Both the position numbers and the translations under genes were made by a program. A DNA stretch of 64,000 nt from Octopus vulgaris (lineage: Eukaryota). The notes beneath the pieces were generated by a model. That model ran no database searches and was not told where the DNA came from. It saw nothing but the letters and a program-made list of their open reading frames with translations. Each line of letters opens with the position of its first letter. Position 1 is the stretch's first letter. Below, in pieces: positions 13,531 through 27,998 of this stretch. Location of the stretch: positions 77,934,001-77,998,000 of the forward strand of contig OX597825.1 in NCBI GenBank assembly GCA_951406725.2. The letters run 5' to 3'.

Positions 13531-14658
13531 CAGCTCTTTTCTCTTACTCCCTCAGTCCTTATACCCTTCTTAACCATTCTGTGCTCCTCTCTCTTTCCCT
13601 CTTTCGTTTAGTCCCTCCTCTCATTACATCTCTCTTAATTCCTCCCACCTTCCCTCATTATCAGTCTCCTCTCTCTTTCACTAAGTTACCTCAGCCAAAG
13701 GACGCCATTCTACCGTCTAATGTATTATTTCAGTCAATTTCTAAATCCCTCGGGGAGCATTTCTTTGCCGCACTGATGGCGGTGGTGGTGTTTGATGGTG
13801 ATGATGTTTGATAAGAACGTGGTGGTGGTAGTAGTGGTAGTGGTGGTGGCTAGTTGTAGTGGTATAGTGGCTATCTTTGAGGCGGCTGTGGTGTTGTTTG
13901 GCGGGGGTGGTGATGGTGTTGATAGTGATGGTGATAATGATGGCGATGGTGGTAGGGGTGTGGTTGATAACGTTGGTGATGGGGATGGTGATTGTGGTGG
14001 TTGTGATGGTAATGGTGGTAGTAGTAGTAAAGTAGTGGTGGTTGTGGTGATAGTAGTAGTAGTAGTAATTGTTGTTGCTATTTAGCCCCAGGTCAACCAG
14101 CCCGAGCAGACATACAGTTAAATGATTTACATCCATGACCATCTCATCAATTCACCGGTATTTAGCGCTACACTGTTTCACATGCTATAATGTACTACAG
14201 AATATATTTATAGGCTTTGGTGGGGGCCAATACTACAGTACTTTAGAGAATATTCTGGACATGACTTTAGACTGCGTCCGATAGTGGGGCCCTGTTTCGA
14301 AAGTTCTAGGGTTTGGGGAGTGTGGAACCATCTCTTAGCCCCTATTGTTTCCAATCTTCTCTGACCCGGAATAGTAGCATTTGTCAGCCGTCTTTGCGGA
14401 AGAAACATTTCTGGTTCAACGGTGGAGAAGGCAGCTGCAGCATCACATTGTGGAGTGCAAAAAGGAAGCTGAGTCAAGCGAAACATCTTGGTCATCCACT
14501 GCATCCGTTTCCATCACCTGTTTTTGCCACTGGACTGAAGATGGTCACGGACGAAGAGTGTGGCTGACGGTGCTCAACGCTTCTTCAGTTTAAACAAAGT
14601 CACTTTCGAGTCTTTAGTCATCCTTAAGTACGAACAGATGGTTTTCGTCATTCCATGT

Positions 14659-14930
14659 GGAGGCACATGGCCTAATGGTTAGAGCAGCGGATTCGCGGTC
14701 GGGAGATCGCGGGTTCGAATCTCAGACCGGACGATGTGTGTGTTTATGAGCGAAACACCTAAGCTCCATGCGGCTTCGGCAGAAGGTAATGGCGAACTTC
14801 TGCTGACTCTTTCGCCACAACTTTCTCACACTCTTTCCTCCTGCATCTTGCAGCTCACCTGCGACGGACCGGGAAACCGGGAAACCGGCCTTTATGAGCC
14901 AGGAATAGCTCGAGAAGGAACAAACTAAAC
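14659..14930 (+). mobile_element. tRNA-headed SINE, subfamily C2, with TSD
   Basis: A box TGGCCTAATGG, B box GGTTCGAATC; TSD ttttcgtcattcc at 14642-14654 and ~14935-14948; second copy 30825-31128. Confidence 0.9.
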
Positions 14931-15167
14931 TTTTTTTTCGTCATTCCGATGCAGAAATACATTATAGAGTCTTGGCTGAATAGAAAAACCTTTAAATATA
15001 TGCAACGAAGCGAAATATTGTTAACACAACAAGTGCTTAATGTTTAATTTCATTGCTACAAAAGTTAATTGTTCCGTCCAATTAACTTTAACCTCTGATG
15101 ATTAATTTAAACAATTTAATGCTCCATCAGGCAACTGCGAAAGTGTTAAACATCCAGACTGTTCTAT

Positions 15168-15331
15168 AGGCGCAGGAGTGGCTGTGTGGTAAAGTAGCTT
15201 GCTTACGAACCACATGGTTCCGGGTTCAGTCCCACAGCATGGTACCTTGGGCAAGTGTCTTCTACTATAGCCTCGGGCCGACTAAAGTTTTGTCAGTAGA
15301 TTTCATAGATGGAAACTGAAAGAAACCCGTC

Positions 15332-15369
<38 letters not shown>

Positions 15370-15986
15370 TAGGGAGTATAACTCCAAATTTACACGGAAA
15401 AATTCAATTTAGTATTAAATCAAATTTCACAATATAAATATACAAAATATAAATTAGAGATAAAACCACTATTATGCAATTCAAACAATGATAGACATAA
15501 AGCAAATCATAAATAGCAAATAAAAAATATTTTTATAAAACATATACCTAGATAAAAAAAAGTATAGAAATGAATTATCGATATATAATCTTTTTACTTA
15601 TTATATATTGATTATTCATTTTTATACTTTTTTTATCTAGGTATATGTTTTATAAAAATATTATTTATTTGTTATTTATGATTTGCTTTATGTCTATCAT
15701 TGTTTGAATTGCATAATAGTGGTTTTATCTCTAATTTATATTTTGTATTATATATATGTGTGTGTGAGTATTTGTGTGTCTGTATTTGTCCCCCACCCCC
15801 AACATCACTTGACAACCGATGCTGGTGTGTTTATGTACCCGTAACTTAGCGGTTCGGCAAAAGAGACCGATAGAATAAGTACTAGGCTTACAAAGAACAA
15901 GGCCTGGGGTCGATTTGCTCGACTAAAGGCGGTGCTCCAGCATGGCCACAGTCAAATGACTGAAACAAGTAAAAGAGTAAAAGAGT
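15168..15986 (+). mobile_element. SINE family A, full length, with nested fold-back insertion
   Basis: tRNA-like head, CORE-like accttgggcaagtgtctt, internal microsatellite, tail gtaaaagagtaaaagag; at least 12 related copies in window. Confidence 0.9.
15369..15748. repeat. Near-perfect AT-rich fold-back with ~150-bp arms
   Basis: Arms 15440-15589 and 15600-15748, 10-nt loop, extension 15369-15439. Confidence 0.9.
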
Positions 15987-16121
15987 ATTCAGTTTTAGTG
16001 GGTTATAATCAATGTAAACCGAACCCAACATGTTTGTTGATATTTAAATGTAGTACAGAGTGGCCGATGAAGTCTCCAAGAGCCGAAAACTATATACAGT
16101 CGTTACCCCTTTTTTGTCCTC

Positions 16122-16216
16122 TCACAAGGTTGGCTGAAAAGCTCATAAACTGACCAAGATATTTTCTTGGAATGTATCCACATGAGGCTTATTTTTTAAC
16201 ATAGTTCCCCCTTGCG
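16122..16216 (+). mobile_element. Mariner terminal fragment
   Basis: caaggttggctgaaaagctcat resembles mariner TIR starts. Confidence 0.45.
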
Positions 16217-18050
16217 TAGTGTGTAGACGAATCGTTTGCAATCGTCATAACACAGTGTTGCCTAAAAGGTCTATAGATATGACCCGCAATACTTTATACC
16301 AACGAAACGAAATACTGTTAGTGCACAAGTTACTTAATGTTCGGTCTCATGACCAGGAGAGGGTTAAATATGCAAATTGTTCTTTCCAGTTTAATTTAAC
16401 CGCTAGAATTAACGGATTTATGTCGGGAATGTCAGAGTTGTAGGAATTTGAACTATAAATAGGCATTCTTTACTACTAACTGGACTGGACGTCAAAAATT
16501 ATACAAAAAAACTGATCTAACCCAAACAATGGACAATACGAGTACTGAATCGATGTAATCGATCTAATCGACGAACTCCTTCCCGCTTAAAGTTGCTAGT
16601 GTGATTTTAAAATTTGAAGCAATTATGTTAAACAAACCGTTTATGTCATTGCTGTGGTTCCATAGTTTAAAAGAAAAGGCTTTTCTGGAGCGTTAACACA
16701 CGAACACATCGGGTGACTAGCAGAATATTAAAGTTGATGGTAGATGTGGTGGTGTCAGTGTCGGTGGTGGTGTTCGTGGTTTCGGTAGTAGCGGTGTATG
16801 GTTAATGTTATGGAAATGTTAACGGAGAGATACGATGGTGATTTGATTTGATCTGAATGGAGACGGTGTGCCGCGGTTTTATTGTCTTACTGGAGGTGAA
16901 GGTTGGGTTAAGGCTCATTGTGATAGCGGTAGTAGTATTAGTGGTCATCCTGGTTGTGATGGTTGCAGGAGAGGTGGTAGTGAGGGTGGTATTACTAGTG
17001 GTGATGGTGATCATCATGTATTCGTGGCGTAACGGTGGCAATCGTGATGGTGATAGTGGTGATGATGGAGGATGGTGCTGTTGATAATAATGGTGGCGGT
17101 GGTGGTGGTGGTGGTGGTGGTGGTGGTAGCAGTAGTGGTCCTTGTCGTCGCCGTGTTGCTGCTACTGCTATTGGTGTTTCTGGTGGTCGGGGGCGTTTCG
17201 TTTCCGTTGCAAGAACCTAGCATTTTTAAACCAGGAAAAACTCTGCAGCAAACATTGAACAAAGTCTTGTTGGCTCCATGGCGAAGAAACGCCCAAGAAA
17301 ATCAAAGAGAAAATTACAATAATATGAAATGGAGATTTCCTTCTGGATTCCTTCGTTAATCCTCCTAATCTCTGCATAGCATTCGTATAGCATAATACAA
17401 CAGCATTAAAACCTTCTTCTCACTAGACTTAATCAATCGCTCAGTTTGATCTCAATACAAACGAAGTTGAGTTTGTGTGTTGAGTGGATTCGTCTCAGCT
17501 TCCGTTATTAGCCCTTTTCATTCCAGTCCGCCTGAGCCCGCTTTTAGTCCATCAATACAAGCTTCCTGTTTTAAAGTGATCTAAAGTAAAACCATCCACT
17601 TAAATTTAATGGTAACATGTGTTCAAAACACCAACTTAATGAACGACGAAAGTATTTCAGTAAAAAAAAGTAATTTTGAACTAGTTGCACTCCGTGTATG
17701 TGGTCTACATTCAATATAAATTTTAGGGTACCTCCTCAAAATTTCTCTTGTTCCGCCATGGAGGATTGTGAATTGTGCAACTTCTATTTCTACCTTACCG
17801 GTTTATATGTTTAAAATTTGCCCGTTGATGGCAGGTTTTTGGCATGATGTGATTTAAGAATGCATCAATTAAATGATGCCGAAACAGCTGTTGAGAAATT
17901 TTCTCTTCTATTATACAAGCGCTACACTTGAAAAGATCCATGAGTTAGATCTACTGGTTAAATTGGTTTGAGTACCTATGAATCTGCCTGTGTGTATATT
18001 TAGATATATGAATGAAAGTGTGTGTATATATATACATATATATATAAATA

Positions 18051-18087
<37 letters not shown>

Positions 18088-18214
18088 GTATATATATATG
18101 TATATATATATATATATATATACATGTATATACATATATATATGCATATATATAGACACACACACATATAGATATATATAATATATATATTATACATATA
18201 ACTTTAATTTCAAA

Positions 18215-18445
18215 ACATGAAACCGTTAATCCCGACACATTTTTCTCTTCCCATGTGTTTTTTGTTTATTTTTGTTTTTTTCTTTCTCTTTCTCTCCATT
18301 TTTTTTCCTCTCATACATTTCTGTCAAAGAGAGTAGGCTCGAAACGCCAAAGACATTTCCATTTTTACCGAGCTTCAAACGAATACATCTGCGTGTTGTT
18401 CCCTCACCTGTCTCTGTCTTTTGGTGTCTGTAAATTTGAACATGG
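18215..18445 (+). mobile_element. Diverged PLE pseudo-LTR with decayed hammerhead (18318-18353)
   Basis: ctgtcaaagagagtaggctcgaaacgccaaaga aligns to 42894-42926. Confidence 0.7.
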
Positions 18446-18642
18446 AAAACGGAAGAAAGGAGCAATGACCATATTTAGTAGGAATTACATTTATTAATGC
18501 TTATTACGAGAATTAATTTGTTTCAGTCCCACAGTTGAAGTTTCGTACGCTCAATAGACAAACTTAGCTCCTTAGGTTTTTGACACAAGCACACACACAC
18601 ATATATATATGTATATCTATCTATATGTATATATGTATATAT

Positions 18643-18686
<44 letters not shown>

Positions 18687-18826
18687 CCACACACACATAT
18701 ACATATATACATTTATATGTATGTATATGTGTATACATATATACACACTATATTTGTGTGCCTCTGTCTCGATGTACTTACTTGCACACACAAACGCACG
18801 CGCAATCGCAAGGAGAGAAAGTGACT

Positions 18827-18862
<36 letters not shown>

Positions 18863-19325
18863 CACTCACACATACACACACACACACATACACACACACA
18901 GGCAGACACTCAGGCACACACAGAGAGATAACCGGACCAACATACATCGAGATATCGATGCATATTTATATAGGTGTACAAACACTTCTATCCGATTTCG
19001 AGAAGCGACCTGGTGAATGTGCACCGGTATATATCGCTCCTCGTTTCTTACATCCTGTCGACAGAGTAAACAAATCTATCTGCACAAAGCATCTGAAACA
19101 TCATGTTTTACATGATGAAATGTTTAGAGAAATAACACGACGTCAGTATATTTAGCCACAGACTGCTTCATAGCTAGCGAAATATGCTGCAGGCTAAATC
19201 TGTACATACATATATATATATATATATACATGGATATATATGTACATTGACATGTATATATATATCTATATGTCTCTGTGTATATATGTATGTATACATG
19301 TATATATATATATGTATATATATGC

Positions 19326-19357
<32 letters not shown>

Positions 19358-19484
19358 ATACATATATGTGTGTGTGAGTATACATGTAGACCGACGCATA
19401 CACACAATTTATATAACCATATGTACGTATATATATAGGTACACCTATACATATACATACACACATCTTATTCGTATATATATA

Positions 19485-19546
<62 letters not shown>

Positions 19547-19589
19547 TATATACATACGAATATGATGTGTATGTGTATGTATAGGTGTT

Positions 19590-19621
<32 letters not shown>

Positions 19622-20250
19622 ATGTACACACACATGTAAATATATATATAGAGAGAGATACAGATATATGTATATATATATGTAGATATTTGTATATATG
19701 TATATATGGATATATGCGTGTGTGTGTGTGCATATATAAGTACATATGTATATAGTGACACCCACGCACACAAACATACACACACATACATAGATACATA
19801 CATAAACACACATGCACAGACATATATATATATGTATATATATATATGTATATATATCTACATACACATATTCTCGAAGGCAGAAATATGGCTAATGCTG
19901 TGTCACGTCTGTGTAGGTGCGTATTTGAATGTGTATCTAAGTTGCTGAGTATGTATGGTTCTATAGTTATGTAAGTGTGTGTTTGTGTGAATGACTCTGT
20001 GAGTGTGTGTGCTTGGCTCTGTGGTTGTGTCTTCCTAATTATGCGTATATATGTATGTATGTTGCGCGTATTATATGATCATGGCAGCGAGAAAAAGAGA
20101 GACGTAGAGAGAGTAAAAAAAGAGGTTAATTATAGAGGGACAAACGCCGATATTGTATACGTCACTCGTGCACACACACATGCGCAACTACGCATATACA
20201 CACACGTTCGCGTATATACATACATGTGTATATATATATATATATATATA

Positions 20251-20583
20251 TAACTGTATAATAACATATTATGATTTATATTATCCGATTTGAAGCGACT
20301 ATTCCTAAATACAAAGAAATGACAGAAAAATGATGAGCTAACGCTAACCAGAATCGAATCCACAAACCAGCGATTACATGGCTCCTTGCGCATCCGATTT
20401 GTGAGTTCGGTTCTGGCTAGGGTTAGCTCATCATTTTCCAGTCATGAGTTTGTATTTAAAAATTGTCGCTTCAAATCGGAGAATGTACATTATTATGATA
20501 TATTATTATACAGTTATTATTATACTATGAGTCTTCCTTGGTAGCTTTCTCCCTATAAATTACAAAGCCTTCCTCCTTTGTTA
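20251..20583. mobile_element. Family E element as an asymmetric hairpin between (TA)n tracts
   Basis: Arms 20251-20366 and 20398-20516; extension 20519-20583. Confidence 0.8.
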
Positions 20584-21389
20584 TATATATATATATATAT
20601 AATATTTTACTTGCTTCAATCAGTGAGACATCGACTTCAAGGGTTTTAGTCAAAAGAATCGACCCAGAGTACCTATTTTTATAGCCTGGTACTTATTCTA
20701 TTGATCTCTTTTGCAGAAATGACAAGTTGTAGGGACGTAAACAGACCAACACTGGTTGTCAAGCGGTGTGCAGTGACAAACACAGAAACCAAGTCACACA
20801 CATACACACACACACATACACACACACATATATATATACGAATATTACATGGAGACATACATATGTACATACATATACGCACGCATGCGCACACACATAT
20901 ATATATGCGTTTATATTTGTGTATGTATGCATGAATATATGTATACAAATATACATAGAAGATCACATATGTACACCATAATTAGTTTGTTGTGGGTGCA
21001 TAACGAAATTGCACGTGTCATCAGGTCTGTAATATTTACATACCAGCGCCGGGAATGCGTTTAATATGTAAATTGGTATATCCAATAACTTAACACCGTT
21101 GTATGCAGTGGCTATATAAACAATATGTTTGGAGACAAGAATGGGTTAGATGAGTGCTGATGGAGGAGCAACAACCCCCGAAGTATGGCATATACACTCA
21201 ATAGCCTATTTTTGTCTCCGATCTCATTGTTTGCACCAGTGCTGGCTATAATTTCTGTTGCAATAACCTTAATATATATATATATAGGGCAATTTTATCA
21301 TGTTGAACCGTTAAAATTTAGACGTTTATTTTTTTCTTTTCACTCGCTCTCTCCGTTTTTTACCTCTTAATCTGTCGAAGATATATATA

Positions 21390-21519
21390 TTAGGTTGTCC
21401 CAAAAGTTCGTAAACACTTGCGAAAGTTGAATTTTTACTCGCCAAGCACTAACAAAAACAACAAAAATTATTCCTCAAAATAAAGACATTTATGTTTACG
21501 AACTTTTGGGACAACCTTA
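21390..21519. mobile_element. Tc1/mariner-type MITE (~130 bp)
   Basis: ~27-bp TIRs ttaggttgtcccaaaagttcgtaaaca / tgtttacgaacttttgggacaacctta; TA flanks. Confidence 0.9.
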
Positions 21520-21670
21520 TATAATGGAGAAATTATACAAAATGTCTAAGTGGTTGATGAGTAAAGCACCAGCACAATTTCGATTACCTGTTGTTATCCA
21601 TAGATTGCAGGAAATACATAGTGGCGGCAGAGGTAACAGTATTAATAAAATAGATGGTTGAAAAAAAGAT

Positions 21671-21730
21671 TTTATTTAGTACGACACATATTTCGACCCG
21701 TTCTGTGTCTCTTCGGGTACATAAATAAAT
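21671..21730 (-). ncRNA. Type I hammerhead ribozyme-like motif (U4C variant)
   Basis: Minus strand gtac-CCGAAGA-gac-acagaacgg-gtc-GAAA-tatgtg-TC-gtac, with stem I extended by tttattta/taaataaa. Confidence 0.7.
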
Positions 21731-22151
21731 AAAAATGATAAAAAGTATCACTAGAGATTCGGTTCTACGTATGGCTAAATGTCCGTCAACTTTGGGAATA
21801 CTGCTGCTATATATGTGTGCGTGAGTGTGCGCACATATGTATAAACATAGATAGATAGAAAGGCATATGTATCTCATCAGACTATTTCAAACTTCGTTGA
21901 ATCTTGCCGTATATTTACAGAAGTCATGCACCATTTGCATACTTCACACAATGATCATCCTGTGTTCCCTTGCACATCATTTCAACACTTCCCCTGCCTT
22001 CTTCTTCTGATAATCAGCCAAAATCATTGCTGTCTTTGTCTGCTCACAAACGTTTTTTTCTTCTCTTATCTATTTATTCTTTGCATATGGACCTCTTCGC
22101 AGCGGCGAGGTGATTAGAGAGGTGCAGTGACTAAATAAAAAAACAGATTTG

Positions 22152-22198
<47 letters not shown>

Positions 22199-22442
22199 CG
22201 CAGAAATATATGTATATGTATGCATGTATTCATGTATTCATGTATGTATGTATGTATGTAATGTATGTATGTATATATGTATGTAGGCATTAATGTTTGT
22301 TTTATGTCAAGCTATAATAAAAACACTTGCATTAACTTAAATGATCACACAATAGTTTTGTAGAGTATATGTTCATAAATATTTCACATGAGTAGTGCTG
22401 ATAGTGACGACGAAGCTTCGGCCTCCTTATCTTTCATTGGTC

Positions 22443-22503
<61 letters not shown>

Positions 22504-22599
22504 ATACGTATATATATACATATATATACATATATATATATATTTATACAATATACATATACATATATATGTGTATATATATATACAATATATATATAT

Positions 22600-22685
22600 A
22601 TAATAGGAAGCTTTATGAAAATAGACAAAAGACGAAGAAACAAACAAACAATTGTATTAGTATGGCGCTCAGGAAATATAAATAT
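22600..22685 (-). mobile_element. PLE extreme 3' terminal fragment in (TA)n
   Basis: Reverse complement of ~42935-43025 with a small deletion. Confidence 0.8.
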
Positions 22686-22714
22686 ATATAATATATATAC
22701 ATTTATATACAATG

Positions 22715-22761
<47 letters not shown>

Positions 22762-23032
22762 TTGTGTGTGTGTGCGTGACTTTATGTGTGTATGTACGTA
22801 TGTGTGAGTGTGCTCTGTGTGCATATATATACATATATGCAAATATGCATATAAATATATATATATATATACACATACATACTTACATACACACACACAC
22901 ACACACACGCAGTGTCTCACCCACACACTCCCGCACAATACGTCGCGGGCACACGCACACACCAGCACGCACCTAGATAGATCTTTCAGTGCGTAAGAGA
23001 ATATGTGTGTGTGTGTGTGTGTGTGTGTGTAC

Positions 23033-23063
<31 letters not shown>

Positions 23064-23516
23064 AAAGGAGAGAGAGAGAGACGGTGGTAGAAACGAGGGA
23101 GAGCGGAGTAGAGAAAGAAAGAAGAGGTAAAGAAACAGAGATGTAGGGATACTCGACGCTGACAGGCGAGCAACCATTGCTGTGTGTATGTGTAGAGATG
23201 TGTCTTATCAGAGCATTGGAAATCTCCTTGAATAAACTCAGACAGGAGACATGCACCAGTTACTTGCAGACTCCACACAATAACTGTTCTAAATATGTCC
23301 GCCACTCTCTCAAATTCTTTTGTCTTCTCTGACTGAAAACCGTCCAAAATCATTGCTGCCTTTGTCTGACAACAGCCCACCTTTCTCTGTATTTTGGGAG
23401 TGTAGAAGTGTATGTATGTATATGTATGTCTCTTTTTCTCTTTTACTTGTTTCAGTCATTTGACTGCGGCCATATATATATATATATATATATTTCATGT
23501 GTATATATATATATAT

Positions 23517-23599
<83 letters not shown>

Positions 23600-23950
23600 T
23601 ATATATATATATATATATCCATATATATATATATATATATATATATCCGTACATATAAGTGAGTATGCATGAGTGTATGTATATATTTGTATATATACAT
23701 ATGCGCATATGTGTATGTATATATATATATATAGATGTGTGTGTAAATATATATATATGCATATATGTACGTATAATTATATATACATATATATATATAT
23801 ATATAAAAAAAAAGAATTATATATAACAAGGGCAGTTTATGCATATATATATGCCTATATATATATGTGTATATATATGCACACATATATATATCTATAT
23901 ATGTATACATATAATATATATATATATGTGTATTTATTTATGTAATTATG

Positions 23951-23982
<32 letters not shown>

Positions 23983-24752
23983 CATATATGTCTATGCATG
24001 CAAATACATATATAAGGAGAGATGGAGAGTGGGAGAAGCGTGGAATGGAGAGACATTGCTAGATATGCGTGGGTGGGGGTTATCGGTGCTTTTGTGTGTG
24101 TGTTGGTCACAGTTGAGGTATATTAGTAACAGCATACGAATAGTCGTTTCTAAGTTGTTGTGTTTTTGTTGTTTAACCTTCGGATCAGCTGTAACGGATC
24201 CAACCACTGACCGAATATTTTCCAGCCCTTACGCATCCCATGTTTCTGTATCTCTAGAACTTCGTCATCGAACTCATCCTGGCTTTTTTTATTACTTTAT
24301 TTTATGTCCATACCTGAAGATCTTTAGCATTTGTTCCTTAATAAATGTTTGAAGATTGCTTACCATATTTTCCGGCAAATAAAACGATATAGCATTTAGC
24401 GTAAACATGTAGAATAAACAGTCCAACGTCTTTGCTATGATTCCATTTCCCGCTGCACTTTATATATACACTTAATACACTTTATATATACACTTTATAT
24501 ACTTTATACACAATTTTATAGACTTAACACACAACACTTTCCTTCTTTCTCTTCGCTGATTATTCTTCGCGCGGCCATTTTCTTATCGTCTGCATTTGGT
24601 TAAAGCGAGAGATCGATGTACCAATCAAAGGACTCCTTTTACTTTTCTATCACTTGTCAAATTTTGGAATATTGACGATAGTTTTTGATGTTTTTACTTG
24701 TATTTTCTCAACTACTTTTATTCTCTCTTCCCCGTCTCTCTCTCTCTCTCTT

Positions 24753-24798
<46 letters not shown>

Positions 24799-24932
24799 TG
24801 TTCATATATATTTGATGTTTTTTTCTATATCTTATTTATATTAACTCAGCATATATGACATACGTATACGTTCACATACACACACACACACACATACACT
24901 CACAAAACAGACAATATACATACGTGCGTGTG

Positions 24933-24973
<41 letters not shown>

Positions 24974-25010
24974 TAACAGATACGTAGATTAACAAATAGG
25001 GAGACCTACG

Positions 25011-25126
<116 letters not shown>

Positions 25127-25827
25127 TCAGACAAAAAGACAGATAGGCACACAGACAAATCGTGTTTACAACTTATATCTTTATTCACATTAAGGTCAAT
25201 GACCATGCATGCGTGAGTGTTTAGGTATATGTGTATGTACGTGTGTGATTTTGCATGCGTGTAGATATGTGTATGAGAGTATATATGAGTGTAGCTGTGC
25301 GGAGGGGTGTCGATGCATGATCGGTGGCGGAGGTGGTGGAGGTCTTTGCAATGTTTTGTATTCAAAGAATTATTGACATGGAATCTTCCGATAATGGACA
25401 ATTTTAACATTGAAAAGCCGAAGTTACATGACTGATTCATCTCCTCGATTGAAGGAACCTCAACATACTTACTCCGCTTGCTAGAGATAGCAACTAAATT
25501 TTCCTCAAATTTTCCTCTACTCTCTTTAAGATCGAGTTTGATGATGTTTGAAAGTGTATGCTGAGATAAATTATGAAAGTATGTGTGAATATGAGACAGG
25601 GTGGTCACGTGCGGTTAGTATGTTTTACTTTTCTCTCATATGCGCATGCGTGGTGATGTGTAAGAAGCTTGATTCCTAGTGACATGGTTCCTGCTTCTGT
25701 CTCACTGCAAGGCATCTCGGGCAAGTGTTTCTACTACAGCCTTGGGCCGACGAAATTCTTGTGAGTGGATTTGGTAAACGGAAACCAAAAGAAGGCCTTA
25801 TGCACATACACACAATATATGTATATG

Positions 25828-25904
<77 letters not shown>

Positions 25905-26144
25905 AATAAAAAAAAACGAAGAACAGACACAAAAAACAACAACGTGAGGACGTGGTACATGTAAAGTATTAGCAGACGCGCAGGGAAGGAAAGAAAGGTG
26001 GCTTAACGTTTCGAGCAAAGCTCTTTTTAGAAACAGAAGAAAGTCCTTACTCGTAATAGTAAGATTGTGACTTCAGTTTCTGAACCGGTTGTGCGTTTTG
26101 TTCTTGAGCAAAACATCTCATTTTCACGTTGCTTCGGTTCACAA

Positions 26145-26470
26145 AACTCTCACAACTGCAACAACATCCACTCAACTGTAACAATATCCTCACAACTGCA
26201 ACAACTTCCTCACAACTGTAACAATATCCTCACAACTGTAACAACACCCTCACAACTGCGATAACATCCTCATAACTGTAACAGTATTCTCACAACTGTA
26301 ATAACATACTCACAACTGTAACATCTTCACAACTGTAATAATATCATCTCGACTGTAACAATACCTTCACAACCGCAACATTACCCTCACAATTGAAACA
26401 ATATCTTCACAACTGGAACAATATGATCATAACTATAACAATACCCTCACAACTACAATAACACTTCCAC
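26145..26470. repeat. Degenerate ~20-bp minisatellite (ctcacaactgtaacaatatc), ~15 units
   Basis: Directly visible periodicity. Confidence 0.85.
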
Positions 26471-26960
26471 AATAGAAACTATAACCACAAAACCATAAAC
26501 AACAACTACCGGAAGAAGAATCGCAACACTGATATCAAGAATACTAATAACAACACCTTAACGATTTCCACAATGACACCGGTAACATTGAACAGAAGCA
26601 ACAATGGCGGTGTGAGTCATTCATTTCCTCCAACGAAAACCGAAGAATGAATACTTTTAGAAGAAATATCGGCAGACTCACCAGATTCCTTTATAAGGTT
26701 CTATGGTGCTATTGCTTAACCATTCCTCTTTTGGTGTGGTAAATTGAAAAGTCTTCAAGGAAATGTAAAAGACTTCATATTGGGTGATTCAACTGACGTA
26801 ATAGCATCGTGTTTGAGTTGATTTGGAATTTTGAAACGGTTCACTTCATTAAAGGGAGAATTAGTAATTTAACACCGTTTTTAGGCGTGTGTGTGTGTGT
26901 GTGTGTGCATCTGTCTTTGTCTGTATATCTATATGTGACTGTGAGTGACAGAGAGAGAGG

Positions 26961-27001
<41 letters not shown>

Positions 27002-27231
27002 TATGTGTACATTTATATGATGCTTATGAATATTTGTGTACATGTATTTCTCTATGCATCACTATATATGATTATGTCTACATACATACATACGCCTGTC
27101 TATATTATTATTATTATTAGTTCACGCGAGATATGAAACCAATGCTTTTTTCTAAACTGTTACGGTACACATACAAATATACATACACACACACACATAC
27201 ACACACACACATATGTAAGTATAACGTATGT

Positions 27232-27286
<55 letters not shown>

Positions 27287-27508
27287 TTATGTGCTTATCT
27301 GGTATATTCAACTGACGAAGTCAGAGCTTCTCTGATGCAAAGTCAGAAATCCAGGATCTTGAATTATCCAGAAAAATCTTTTTTTCTAGTTTATTTTGTC
27401 TCTCTGTCTTCTCTCTTAGCGCTATATGAACATTTAAGGTGGCTTTAGGGTCAGGGTTTTGACTGCTATTTCAGCATGGTGGTATCTCTCAGATACCCTA
27501 ATTTATAG

Positions 27509-27557
<49 letters not shown>

Positions 27558-27962
27558 TACACCACACACATATATATTTATATTGTTCTTAAACAAGAAT
27601 AGCTTCGGCTTGCATAGCCTTCATCGGAATATGGTGCATTTCAGTTTATCTCTGCTTTATATTGTTTCTGAAGCTCAATCTTTCTGAGATAGATGGAGCT
27701 CTCCATACACACATACATATACTATACATACAGACGGACATACATACATACATACACACACATACATACATACATACATACATACATACATACATACATA
27801 CATACATACATACATACATACATACATACATACATACATACATACATACATACATACATACATACATACATACATACATACATACATACATACATACATA
27901 CTTACATACATACATACATACATACATCCATACATACATACATACATACATCCATACATACA

Positions 27963-27998
<36 letters not shown>

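Noticed and set aside
14200-14600. Possible RTE-type LINE relic
   Set aside because: Only vague, frameshifted similarity; not supportable by eye.
14659-14735. tRNA gene
   Set aside because: A/B boxes continue into a repeated SINE body with TSDs; it is a SINE head.
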